64,000 bases of DNA, from positions 654,158-718,157 of the forward strand of contig RDEW01000029.1 of NCBI GenBank assembly GCA_011109175.1, read 5' to 3'. Source of the stretch: Dicyema japonicum (Eukaryota > Animalia > Dicyemida). Shown here one piece after another: positions 1 to 12,770 of the stretch; the first letter of the stretch is position 1, and every line of letters starts with the position of its first letter. The notes beneath the pieces were generated by a model. It was not told the DNA's origin, did no database searches, and worked only from the letters and a program-made list of their open reading frames with translations. Made by a program: the position numbers and the translations under genes.

Positions 1-254
1 TATGTCAAATTGTTTCTTAAATCGGTAGAACCAGTTTGATGCAAATAAAGTCTTTATTAGAATGCCTATTAACAATTTTACTTTACAAATTAAGAATTGT
101 GACATTACAACAGGATTGGAGAAGCTCTAAATAAACATATTAATATTCGTTACTAATTTTCCACATTTGGGTTTTTTATTACTAACAAAATTTCATTATT
201 ACAATTTTTAATTTCTTTATTGTGAAAAATTTATTAACAATAAAATATTATTAT

Positions 255-620
255 TAACTATGGGGAAGAGCGGCTGCTGACATCACGGAGTAAGCGTTTC
301 CGCGGACAACTGGGATACTAATTCGTTGCCTTAGTCAGACCGCTTCCCGCACGTCTTTCTTGCGGTGGGCCAATTTTCCCCCAATTTCCTTTAGGAAAGA
401 CTTCCGGCTGCACCAGACGTCTCGATTGCTACCGGTACAAAACGGTAGCGGTCTCAAATCTCGCCATAATTTTTTAATCTTGATTTTCTCGGCCAGATCG
501 GCTGCCGATCCAGCAGACTGCGCCGAGCTGAGAATCATCGAGTTCGAGAAAGTATCCACAACAGTGCAGTCCCATACGAGCGATTTTCCCTCAGTGAACG
601 GAAAGATAGTTAACCCATCA
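255..620 (-). mobile_element. 3' fragment of CRE-like (RLE) non-LTR retrotransposon
   Basis: Minus frames read AEKIKIKKY..DRYRFVPVAIETSG..FLKEIG..LRQRISIPVVRGNAYSVM, the C-terminus typical of CRE-clade RLE proteins; homologous to 58274-58560. Confidence 0.75.
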
Positions 621-777
621 TTTGATTAAAGTATCAACTATTTGAAAATAAATATATTATTTAATCAAAAGAAATTAAATCCGTATTTATTTTTGGAACA
701 TCATCTATTTTGAAAAATAATATTTGATCACTAAATTTACATCTTTCGATTTCAACCTCAAGTAAAACATTCCAAAC

Positions 778-1008
778 CTAAAATAATAAATTTTGATACA
801 AAATAAGATTAATCAAGTCGACAATATTATTTTCATTAACAATGCGATTATTTACTTTCAAAATGAAATCTCCACATTTTAATCCTAACAAAAAGGCGGG
901 AGAATTATTAATTACAGTATTAATAATATAAGGGGGATTCGAAGTTATTGTCAATCCATAACCCACTAATTTGTCCTTCTCAATAATAAATTTTAAATCT
1001 ATAATCAT
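778..1008 (-). CDS. PDZ-domain coding exon of an unidentified host gene
   Basis: GYGLTITSNPPYIINTVINNSPAFLLGLKCGDFILKVNN matches the PDZ GLGF/SPA..GL..GD.IL.VN pattern. Confidence 0.7.
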   Translation of the reverse strand: MIIDLKFIIEKDKLVGYGLTITSNPPYIINTVINNSPAFLLGLKCGDFILKVNNRIVNENNIVDLINLILYQNLLF

Positions 1009-1304
1009 TTAGATAATAAACTATTCATGTATTTTAATAACTACACTAAAATTTATTAAATTTATTTTTTTTCCATAAATTTTATTACAAAAATATGACA
1101 TTTTATATTATAATTATCGAAACGTGGCAAAAGGCGATGAAATTTTAACAGAGGATGATTATTTTAAGAGATGTGAACAACTTGATAAAATTCTATACTA
1201 AAATTTCACACAAGGAGCACATGAAGTCTGATACACCACCATCACGCAGGAAACTAAAGAGACTATCAGAACCACTCTTCTTTTCAGAGAGAGAGGTGAG
1301 GGAT

Positions 1305-3050
1305 AAAATTATTATTATAAGCACGTGCCAAGATCATGAAAAAGCATGTGCAACACGAAAAGGTAACAATCTAATTAACATCGCCCCATCTTTTTCGATC
1401 TGTTGCCATGTTCCGTAACATATCTAGATCCCCCTGAGATCTTCATCTAGTTTTCCAATCCCCCTTGAGATCTTCATCTAGGATTACCGGCAGTGTTGTC
1501 CTCGACCGGCCGCGGAAACGCGAAGCCTCTAAGATAAAATACTTTTTCCATTGCTATGTTGGCAGGGGTCCCCATATCGTGGAGGAGTATGTGTCCAAAC
1601 AGCCTTTATCTTGAATTAGCAATAATCATCACGTGATATTGGCTCAGTTCCTGTTCTCTTGTATAAGATTTCGGACGGCATTTTTGAAAAAGCTTTGGGA
1701 AGAAAGGAGTTCTCGGAGATGATTTATGTAAAAAGAATTCAACTTTTCGAGTTCTTTCTCTGTACATGGCCATGTATCGGCATTATATAATAGGATTGGT
1801 TTCACTAAGGCATTGTATAGTCTCATTCAAGTTTTAGAGTCAAGCCCTTTGTGCAGAAGCCAGGTCTTCTTCATTTTGTTGAAAGCGACGTTAGCTAGTG
1901 TCTTCTTTCGTGTTACATCTTTGGTGTCACCGTGAAGGGATCCTAGTTTTTGATCTACGCCAGTGCTCCTTGGTCACTTCTTTTTAGCTCCGTGATTTCG
2001 GTTTTGTTTGTGTTCACTTTTAATGACCATTCAGCTATTTTATCAAGTATTTTCTCTAAAAGTGCAATTAACTTTTCTTTGTTATTCGAAATAAAGTCTA
2101 CGTCATCCGCATATACTATTATGCTCGTTCCTTCTCCGATATGATGCTTCAAGTCTCGTAGAGCTGCCTCCAGTAAAATAATAAACAAAATCAGGGATAA
2201 TGGACTCCTTGAGGGGTACCAATTGTCGTTTTCAAATGTCCTGATAAAGCTTTCCCAGTCCTGACCATCAAACTTGTCCGTCAGGAGTGTCCTGACCATC
2301 CTAATTTTTGAGCCCTTCAAGAAGTGCTCCGGTATTTGCAGCAGCTTGTTCCTGTTGACGGAATCGAAAGGCCTTTGACATATCAATTCCCAGAATGTTT
2401 GTCGTTATTTTAAATATTTGAACAGTCGCACTTTTCCATTTATGGCTCCATATAACATTTGACGTTGATCTCCATTTGCGAAAGTCACTTTGATAAGCCG
2501 ACAGGTCTAGGCGTCCCTCCATTCTTTGAAGCGTAATATTGGCTAGTATCTTCCGCAATGTGATGGTTAAGACTACTGGTCTTAGGTTCTCAACTTTCCC
2601 CGCTTTTTTGTTTGGCTTCTATACTGGTAGCAAATTCTTCTCCAAGTGACAAGGTGGCTCCTTTACTGTACGTTTCGTTTAGAATCAAGGCAATTATCTA
2701 TTATAGTTTTTGCGTTCCATATTTGAAAAATTCACTATTTAAGCCATTTGGGCCGGGACTCTTATTGTCTTCAGCTTGACACTTGCTGTCATCACTTCTT
2801 CCAAAATTATTTCTTCGTCTAATTTTCCCTGATCCGTGTTAATTGTGAGTTTTTTGCTATTTTGTTAATACGAATTGTGTTTCAAAATAGTCCGCTATAA
2901 TTTCTGCAACTTCTTGTTGGTTAGCAATATGTTTTCCTTCTTCTCGTAAAGTCAGTGTTTTCCTTGGCAGTTTTCTGACTTGGCGACAGCTTCATAAAAC
3001 TTCGCATTGTCTTGAGGCTTTCGATTTTTTCTATTTTTGTTATTGTTTAG
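1305..3050 (-). mobile_element. Decayed RTE-clade LINE (RT and C-terminus), 5' truncated
   Basis: FDSVNRNKL, YADDVDF, RLYNALVKPILLYNADTW, RGRPRTTLP; 3' end GTGCT(TAA)n at about 1305-1325; several frameshifts. Confidence 0.85.
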
Positions 3051-3061
3051 TTTTTTTAATA

Positions 3062-3470
3062 TCGTATTGAAAAGTATATCGGGGACATGGAAAATTGGTA
3101 CTCACCAGTCTTGATGAACGTGTACAAACAGTAAATCGACCCATGTTTTTCATATGCATGCGCCTCGTGGGGACTGTCCACATCTTGGACAAATATGAGG
3201 AAATTTGAGAAATGTAAAAGAGGGCTTACAGAGTAACAGAGCGTTGGATTTGTGAAGATCACCGAACCGGACCTACGCTTCTAGAGGCCCTTATGAGACT
3301 AGACTCCAGATCACGAGAAGATGATTCTGAAAATTCAGGAACCGTCCTGTACGTTCATGCGCGAGCACGAAGGAAGAACACCGGGCAAAGATGAGGTCTC
3401 TGTTAGTTGCATCGGGATCACGTGATAATTAGTTTGGTTTTACTGTGGTCTTGGGTTAAATAAATAATAA
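3062..3470 (+). mobile_element. ~410-bp 3' fragment of a Jockey/I-like LINE with terminal hairpin and (AAAT)n tail
   Basis: Encodes SPVLMNVYKQ..PCFSYACASW; ends GGGATCACGTGA..GTGGTCTTGGGTTAAATAAATAA; close homolog at 28700-29102. Confidence 0.8.
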
Positions 3471-3899
3471 ATTCTTAAAAAACAAAAAAATTGACCTTAA
3501 AAAGTCAATTAAATTTTCTCTAAATTTTTAGTTTAATTTTTTTATTAATAAAAAAATACAGAAAAAAGAAATCAGTGAGCCTTTGCGTATGATTGCGTAT
3601 ACGTTTCCACGTAATACGGCAATCCCGACTCTTTGTCTTAGCCTAAATTTATTAAAACACAAAATTAGATAATTTTTTATATTTTCGAGTAGGAAAATAT
3701 CTTTCGTAAAAATTTAGTGAAGAATCAAAAATAACCTCTCCAGTTCACATGACGTTTCTTGGCATTCCATTAACAAATAATGATCGAACGGAGAAATTAC
3801 TATTTCAGTTTATTCCATAAATTTCGTTTGTTTTCATTCGTTTGTCAATGTTTTCTCTATTTACAGGAATCTTCTTTGGAATCAGCAATCTTTAACAAA

Positions 3900-6782
3900 A
3901 AAAATGCCGCGTGGTTCACCTGTATGGTGGTGTTGTGCATCACATGATGTTGAAAAAAAGTACACTTTCCCTATCCCTATCTATGAAGGAGGATGGTTTT
4001 CCAGGTACGCTCTAATTTTGTGTGGTGACGTCGAATCCAACCCAGGCCCTGAAATCATCCTGATCCAGATCAATATCAACGGAATACGAAACAAGGTGCT
4101 GGAAGTCCGCCACTTACTCAATAGTAATGAAGTTGACATTGCTCTAGTCCAAGAGACAAAACTACAACCAAACATACAAACCCCAACCTTTCCCGGATAC
4201 TCCATTATCCGTAAAGACAGAATGATTAAGCTTGGTGGAGGACTAATGACACTAATAAGAAATGGAATTCAATGTGAAGATGTTTCAAACAAAAATCAGA
4301 AAACTCTATCCAGAAGATGACCCCTAGGAACTAATTGGCATAAATGTTAGAATTCCTAGGAAAACTATAAATATTGTCAATGTATATATTCCCCCTACTA
4401 CATCCTGTCCAAGTGGATACTACCCTAACCTACAGATTTTCTCAAACCTCAAAAACGTAATTCTATGCGGTGACATCAATGCCAAACATCAATTATGGTA
4501 TGAAGGCCAGAAACCAGACAGTAGAGGAAACCTACTGGCCAGAAACTTGGGACAATTTTGTATATTGAATAACACCATAAACTATACAAGAACACATACT
4601 CGAACAGGAGACAAACCTACATCCCCTGACCTCTCCTTATGTTCCCCATCAATGTTTCCCCTCGTCAACTGGACTGTAAAATATGAACTACGAAGTGATT
4701 ACAACCCTATTATGATGAAAATCAACACTGAAAATATATTTATCAGACAGAATTCCACTTTTTTAAATTTTGAAACCGCGGATTGGTCCAACTTCTCTAA
4801 TTACATCGACACCAATATGGAAGTATTTTGCACATTGGTATTTTCATCAATTGACCAAATGATCAAAAGATTCACGGACATTATACTTCAAGAAGAAAAC
4901 TATTTATTCCAATGCCATCAAACAAAGAATACCTATTATAATAGCACACAAAAACACTTATCAGAGAAAGAAATAAATTAAAAAGCAAAAGGAATTATCA
5001 AATGATGATTTCCAAAAAATGAAATCCTTGAATATACAAATTAAACAAGTTACCCAGTCTAGAATCAAGAAGCGATGGACATCATTATTGATTCTCTATC
5101 GCCAAATACATCCGAGACGCTGATATGGAGGAAAATTAAATTTTTGAGAGGTTGCAATGAAGGCTCTGAGAAAGTCCTCCACGGACAGGGATTAGCAACA
5201 TCGACCCAAATATTTTAATGAAGCACTATGTCGTAATCAGCCATAAAAATTTCTCGATGGAACACAAAGTCTACAAGAAGAAGTTGTATCCATCATATGA
5301 TTTGATTGTCTTTACTCCACAAGAAGTTCGAAACGCAATCATGGATGCCAAAAACTCCCGTTCCCGAGGTGCTGACAATGTCTCGATGATGGAACTGAAA
5401 CACCTTGGTGAAAAAGCAACCAAATTCCTATCATACGTTTATACTATATCTGTGAACAATAATATGATACCTTCTATATGGAAGAAATCCATAATTCTGC
5501 CAATTCGGAAGCCAAACAAACCTGTAAACGATCCCTCTTCTTATCGTCCAATTGCAATATTATGTGCAATGTCCCGAATTTTAGAAAAATTAATCTTAAC
5601 ACGAATCAAAAATATTGTACCAAATCGAGTATTCCAGCATGGATTCCGCGAAAATCATTCTACTAACTCATTTAACAAAATTAACTCAATATATTTCTGA
5701 TGGATTCTCTTATCCAAAACCACATAAAGGGACCATAATGGCTTCAATAGACTTGAAGAAAGCATTCGACTCCGTGTCCAGGACGCTGCTTATAGAGAAA
5801 ATTTCTGACACTCTTATAAATCCAAACATTAAAAGATGGCTGTCGAACTTTTTAAATGAAAGAAGAAGACAAGTGATGTCAGACAACAGAAAATCTAAAT
5901 CCCGTTTATTGGCGAATGGTTTCCCTCAAGGTTCACCTCTCTCTCCCCTTCTCTTCAACCTGTACACCAATGACCTTCCCACCAATGACGATCCCGATAC
6001 ATTGATACTCTCATACGCAGATGACATTGTTCTTGCGACGAGAGACTCTAACTATGAGAAGGAAGGGATGAAACTTCAAAGTTATATTAGTATGCTTGGA
6101 ACATTGGCTCACATCAAATCGACTGGAAGTTTCTACAGGAAAGTCGTTTATAACAATTTTCTCTACATATAGAAGATCATTATACTCTCCTAAAATCAAA
6201 TTGTTTGGATATGAAATTCCTATGAATAAGTCTCCAACAATACTAGGATTAAAGTTGGATACTCTCCTGACATTCGGCCAACACGTCAATGACGTTATTA
6301 CCAAGGTCAGGGGGACGAACATATTGAAAATTTTGTCCCGATCACCAATCGGGCGCAACACCTTCTTACTACAGAAAATTTACAGACAATACATACTGCC
6401 AGTAATCGAATATGCATGTCCCTCCTGGAGTTCGATGATTTCTGAATCGTCGTCTCAAAAATTAGAAGCCGCACAACTTGCTGCCTTGAAAATAATAAAT
6501 AAGAAAACTGTGGATAACGTATTGAATGTTAAAGAACATCTAAGGTGGAGAGTGAAGTCATTTCTACAGTGGGCAATAAAAACCGGCTGTCCGCTTTTAC
6601 TCGCTATATCTGACTATCTAGAAAATGCGGGAAATCTAAGGAGAATGAGACCATCCCCGTTTCTACCAATTCTGTTGGATCTTCGAGGACCCCGAACAAG
6701 AGCCAGAACCCGGAAAACCGGGATCACTTAGTTAGTAGTTAACTTTTAACTTTTTCTAATCCGGTGATCTTGGGGTAAAAAA
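3900..6782 (+). mobile_element. Near full-length Vingi/Ingi-like LINE (2A-APE-RT, no ORF1, no RNase H), frameshifted
   Basis: 13-bp TSD AATCTTTAACAAA at 3887-3899 and 6783-6795; ILCGDVESNPGP 2A; APE motifs QININGI, LVQETKL, LCGDINAKH; RT motifs DLKKAFDSV, PQGSPLSP, YADD; ORF ends TGIT*; about 2.9 kb. Confidence 0.88.
4021..4050 (+). other. 2A-like ribosome-skipping peptide (CGDVESNPGP)
   Basis: Exact DxExNPGP consensus directly upstream of the APE domain. Confidence 0.85.
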
Positions 6783-7049
6783 AATCTTTAACAAAGGATA
6801 TAGTTAGTTAAAGAACATCCGCGTTACCAGTACCACTGTTTATGGTTTCGCTTTTAACATGTTATGCTTTAGAAATTTTAAAATTTTACTATTCAATTTC
6901 CTTCAAACTATTTGTTAATAAATATTCACGGCTTATGTTTTTTAAATTCTTATGAAGTAATGGATTCATAGTAGATTCTTTTGCTTTTTGAATTAATATA
7001 ATTCCCCATTCATCACAAATATTGATAATCTGTGTTAAATTTTTACAAA

Positions 7050-8330
7050 TGCTTCAAAGAACAAGAATGCAGTCTAATGGATTACAATTTGGAATCAGTC
7101 ATATGAATATAAACATATATGTTCAACAAAAAGAAAACTCTTAGTCCATCTTGATTTGTCTTGCAACAACCATAACTAGTATTCTTCGAATTAGATCGCT
7201 AATTACGAATGATATAGGGATTTTTGTTTAAGAACAAAGAGAATATGTAGAACAAGCTCAAGATTCTTGAGTATAGACCTCCAACACTAATCCATATTCC
7301 GTCCATGCCTACAAATTCACACAATACATCACAAACGACTTTTGGATTACGAATTCGGAGGCAGTCCCGTACCAGCTACTGCTTCAGCCTTCCATAAAAC
7401 GTCCACGGAATTGTATCCAGTCATTATATTACTCTTAGCTTTCTTTAATTTCGTCTCATTACCACCAAGATGTCGATCTTGGATGCCCTCACAAGTAGCG
7501 CTAGTTCATTATGCATTTTCCCTAGGGATCGGGCATTCGCTAAGACTATTTTTAGCCCTTGCTTTAAACATGACTTTGCTTTTTCAAAGCCAAGGTCCTC
7601 CACCCTTGATCCAACTAAAATTTTTGCAAGAGGGAGTCTCCTATTTCCCTTGTAAAAACGGCATATGGTCGTGGTAGAGGGGGCTAATTCCTTGACAAAT
7701 TCATGAAGCTCGTTATCAACAACCCAAAAGGGCAGGTTCTTCAGCACAATTTCTGAGGGTCTCACTCAAATTTCAATGAAGCAATGGTTTCCAAGACCAA
7801 AAGGTTAAGTTAGCGTTCACATGTTCACAAAAGTTCCTTTCATCCTCCTCATTTCTGAACTCGAGGCAAAAGATCCTTTGTGGTTAATGTGATAGATCCC
7901 GTCAAGTCGAACAAGTGCAGAACGTTATAAATTTTGATGGCTCCCATACTCGATGCAACAGAGATCTGTATAAAAACATTGCCAGAGTATTCAGAAGCTG
8001 GAGGATCGTGAGGAATATACTTTTTTCAGTTTTTGTAGATGTGCAAACTGTTTTTATCTCCTCTTCAAACTTTTTCACAGTAGTAGTTCCTGCAGCTTGT
8101 GGAGAAGTACTACTACCTTTCGATCCTTTTGAACTAACTATTGGAACCATTTTTTCCAATAATCGAATTATTGTCTGATTCGTGTAGCTTTGTGATCTTT
8201 ACGTCGGATCCAAATCATTTTTCTTATCATGGTGGGGACAAATTCGGCGTATTCCTAGTATCGCCAACTCTATCTGTACATGTGAGCAGCCCCAAAACTC
8301 TATGGGATATCTGGAGCGACCATATTCCAC
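7050..8330 (-). mobile_element. 5' part of a Jockey-like LINE (gag-like ORF1 plus APE start), decayed
   Basis: SEIVLKNLPF..RLPLAKILV (gag-like) followed by VLANARSL..IDILVV (APE N-terminus). Confidence 0.6.
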
Positions 8331-8359
8331 AAGACTTGGTTATCAGCATGAGACCTGAT

Positions 8360-8651
8360 ATTATTTATTTATTAACTCCGGATACACAGAGAAAGAGGTT
8401 AAAGTAAACAACTACTTATGTGTATTCCACTTCTACAGAAACAGAGTCCATCCGGAATCAACATAATGGGTAAAAGACGTCCATACTTGCAGTTATGGAA
8501 ACCCTTCCAGTGGAGTGGGGGAGAGCAAATGGTCCTTTCTTACCTGCCTGGCACTTGGCGCCACCACTCTAATTAGAAGAGAGGAGGAACAGACAAACAA
8601 AACAGAAATTTCAACCAATTAGCCACAAAGCACCACATATCGTCACGCGGC
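8360..8651 (-). mobile_element. Non-autonomous Vingi-derived short element, copy 1
   Basis: 5' GCCGCGTGAC..ATGTGGTG; 3' end ..GTGTATCCGGAGTT plus (AAAT)n, with the 5' stem arm mutated (GAATACAC); homologous to 27732, 32785 and 59618. Confidence 0.85.
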
Positions 8652-8738
8652 TAAATTTTAGTTTGTACTATTAAATATCTGGATTTTCTATATCGCAAAA
8701 ATTAAAAAATCAGTTATTTCACCTAAAATGTTATCTTA

Positions 8739-9130
8739 CAGGGTTTTCCTATTTATTTAAAAAAATTTAATAACTTTGTCAAAAATGTTTAAATTTTGTC
8801 TATTATTAGGAGATGCGAGTAACAGGGAGGTTTTCCTATTTATTTAAAAAAATTTAATAACTTTGTCAAAATGTTTAATAACTTTTGTCAAATAATAATC
8901 CCAAAATATATAAATAATAATCCCATATATATTTAACGAATAAATTAACTAATTAATTAATTAAGCGTATTTTGATCCAGATTGTTGGTAATCCCTCTTC
9001 TTCTCTTAGAAGAAGAGGATTCTCTTAGAAGAAGAGTGTGCCATAACCTCCCTGTTACTCCGCATCTCCTAATAATAGACAAAATTATTAAATTTTATGA
9101 CAAAGTTATTAAATAAATAGGAAAACCCTG
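8739..9130. mobile_element. Tc1/mariner-type MITE with long imperfect TIRs
   Basis: Both ends CAGGGTTTTCCTATTTATTTAA.. (about 90-nt imperfect inverted repeat), flanked by TA on both sides. Confidence 0.8.
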
Positions 9131-9189
9131 TATATATTTATGAAATATATATATTTTTCTCGTGGTGACGTGCATGCTTGTTTCATTTT

Positions 9190-9325
9190 CATATGAGAAG
9201 AGCTGTTCAGGATTCTCGACCCGCCGGACTCGTCCTCACCTTTGTCGGTCTGGGATCACTTAGTTAGATGAGAACTTTTATTTCTTTCTCTTTGACTCAG
9301 TGATCCTGGGGGTAATAATAATAAT
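9190..9325 (+). mobile_element. Short LINE 3' end with hairpin and (TAA)n tail
   Basis: GGGATCACTTAG..CAGTGATCCTGGGGGTAATAATA; inverted homolog at 44550-44690. Confidence 0.75.
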
Positions 9326-9339
9326 TTTTATCGGACTTA

Positions 9340-12300
9340 TCTACGAAAGATTTTGATAGAGAAACCAATTGTAACGTAGACCAAGTGGTCCATAGGCTGT
9401 GTGGGACTCAAGAAAAAAGATTACCTCCTAGTCTGGTGTCACATTCAGATTGCCGTGCAAATCTACTCTTTTTAAATGTTATTATCGACCAAGTGGATTA
9501 TAAAGACAGAGTTGAATGGACGTCTGAAGTTGTTCGAGCTGCTCAAGTGAGATTCGAGAGAATTCCTCGTGGTGGCTGGCCGTTAATCACTCGGACTTTT
9601 AATGAGAAGTTTGGTATGTCCAAATCGATTGCAGACTTTACGAGTTTGGCCAAGCTAAAGTCGTCAAAATCCAAGCCCTCTATGAATATTGATCCTGGGA
9701 ATAATGCATACAGCACAGAAATCTCTAATTTTAGAGTTTGTTCAAATGAATTTTGTGTCCAAATTAATCGAGTAAAATCCATACCTCGTGTATTACGGTA
9801 GCCTACCAAAAATTCCCCTTCCAACTTCTCAACAAAGAAATTCTCTCGGGGATTAACTCTTCAATAGAGCAATATATCAATTCCTACCCTCCTGCTAATT
9901 TGAATGATATTACAGATATCATTTATGCTGGGCAGTTAACATATGATGTTCTCAATCTACGATGGTTGAGCGCATTCAAGGAAGACTTCTGAAGTTGAAT
10001 AAACAGCTCAAGCAAATCTCGGTGCTTGTCGAACACAGAAGGGAAATAAGAGGTTCGATACGATACGAGGGATACACTGTGCCAATATGGATATCGAAAG
10101 TCGAAGAAGGGTGAATTGGGGAGAACAGTTAGTTGCATTCAGGATAAAATAAATATCGTGGAGAAAAAACTTCAGAGTACATGAATCCCGGAAAATTCAG
10201 GAAACAAAATTGTGTTTCGACTCAATCGGAGGTTTTTTTATAGAAAGTTAAATGGAGAAACCAGGGATGCCATATTCTGTTTTAATGAAAGTGAATGTCT
10301 AGCATTTTGGGAAAATATTTAGAAGGAGCATGATATCAAAGAACACATATCCGATGAGTAGGAGAGTTACTGGAGTAGAAGACATATTTGTAGACTGCAA
10401 GAAGAATCCTTGAAAAATTAAACTCCTGCCTAATTGGAAAGCCAGTGGATGTGATGGGGTGTACAACTGCTTTCTTAAAAGATTTACTTCAATCCATGAT
10501 AAACTCTGTGAAGAGGTTGCCAAAATAATATATGGTGATTATACCCCTGATGAGTGGTTTTACACAGGGATTACACATCTTATCCCGAAAAGAGATATAT
10601 GTCAATCCCCGAAAGACTTGAGGCCGATTGCATGCATGACTAACTATATAAGTTAGTGACAAAATGTGTTAACCGTAAATTATCTATATTGAAGCATTCG
10701 TGAGTGATAATCAACTGGGAACTAAAAGGATGTGTCAAGGAGCTAAAGAACAGGCAATCCTTAACCAGTGTATAACTAAAAAGAATGGGAACAATTTGTC
10801 TTCGACATGGATAGATGTTAAGAAAGCATTCGATTCTGTAAATCATGACTTTTTATACAAAGTCTTGGACAACTCTGGACTCCCATACTGGATCGTGAAT
10901 GGTTTATTAAGAATTTGGTAACCAAATGGAAAATCAGACTCAACTTTAATAAAAAGAAATTGGAGAAGTTGAATTGAAGCGAGGGATCTTGCAAGGCGAT
11001 TCGTTGTCACCACAAATCTTTGTACTTCTGATGGATCCTTCAGCAGATTTTGAATGCAAAATACCCAAAGGTGACCATAGATTGCCCTGATCGAGGATCT
11101 CTTGCGTACGCCACAAATCATCTACTGTTCATGGACGACTTGAAAATATTTTCCGCAAAAAAGATACAATGTTGTTTATGATGAATGAAGTTAATATGTT
11201 CTTCGAAGCTGCTGGACTTTAACTAAATGCAGAAAAATCGGCTACTAATGTTTCTGAGTTGAGCTCCCAAGCCAAACTGCTGGATGGAATGGAGGGATAT
11301 TGATACCTTGGTGTGTTGGAGGACAAAAATAGCACCGTTTTGAAAAACGAAGTTCTAGAGACGATTTTTGATGGAGTTAAGAATAGAATTGACAACTCGG
11401 CAGTGACAAAATTAAATTCTGGGAACCTGTTCAAGGCCATGAATGAGCATGCTTTATCTTTCTACAACTATTACATCGGAGTAATTGATATCGAACCAAC
11501 TAAATTTGAACTCATTGACAAGGATATACGCAAAATCTTTGTAAATCTAGGATTCACTTTAAACCCGCAAACAAAGAGCGGCTTTATTTACCAAGAGATC
11601 AGCTCGGAAGGAGGCCAGTTTTTATTACACACAAAAGTGAACGCATGCTGCTCCAATTCCTATCGGATGTTGAAAAGAAATCATTCTATTGTCTGAGGAA
11701 GGCAGGAATTCTACGGCGCATCAAATCAAAGAAAAATCATATGGCCACAATCATAGAATTCCTCAACCGAAAATATAAAATTCAAGAACCCGATATCTCA
11801 AAATGGACACATTGAAAGAACTCTAGAATAATGTTTATTGGAACAAATACGTGCAAAATCATTGCATGGAATACTTTTCAACTTTCTTGATGATAACAAT
11901 GTTGATATAACAGAATCTTCCCATTGGCTTTTGCATAGAAACAATTCACCCAAATCCGAAGGAATGTTGTGCTTCACTCAAGATCGTAATTTATTCTTCG
12001 ATAGTATTGGCTCTAATTATGGTCACTGTAGCACTACTAAAAAGTTTGATCATTTGGCTACAATGTGTGATCGAATGCTAAACAGTGACTATCTTTGCTG
12101 ACACAACGAAGTAGTGAGATGTATTCATCTGCATCTATGTCGATTATATGGGATAAAACACTCGAAGAAGCTCAAAACACACTCTGTGCAATCAATACTC
12201 GCCAATTTTGAATTTCGTGTAGACACCAAAATTAATACCGAGACAAATATTGAGCAATACAAGCCTGATATATTTGTTCTCGATAAACTGAAGAACATGA

Positions 12301-12770
12301 TTACACTTATTAAGATTGGCATCACTTCCCAGCAGGCACTAAAGCAAGTCGAAGTGGAAAAATTGCGCAAATATGACCTGCTTGCAGGCGAATTGGGACT
12401 AATACATAATGCTAAGGTTAACAATGTGCCAATAGTGCTTACCTGGGATGGAATTGTATCAAGGTTTTATAAACATCACCATACTTCGCTTAATGTGGAG
12501 AGTACTATAAGAGCGGAGTGCATGCAAGTAGAACACAAATATGGACTTACTCTTGAAGAAGGATTGATGGACGTTACCATTAGAGAAGGACTAACGAGCC
12601 AAATATGCCACCTTGGAAAGGAACAAAATGGACAAACTGGGACAACGAAGACTTTAGATGTTGTTCAGATTGAGTCTGTGTTATTGGTCGGGTTGGGCCA
12701 TAAGAGAAGAAGAATGTGCTAGGGAGGATAACATAGAAGGAGCCCCTACATTAGTTAATTTATTTCTGAC
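9340..12770 (+). mobile_element. R4/Dong-like RLE non-LTR retrotransposon, near full length, frameshifted
   Basis: LRPIACM, GAKEQAILNQ, WIDVKKAFDSV, GILQGDSLSP, LLFMDDLK, YLGVLED, C-x-H-x-C..RHN region, and RLE motif KPDIFV..IGIT..EVEKLRKY. Confidence 0.85.

Noticed and set aside
360-629. This and many other short ORFs in the track as genes
   Set aside because: They are antisense or alternate-frame shadows of identified transposon ORFs.
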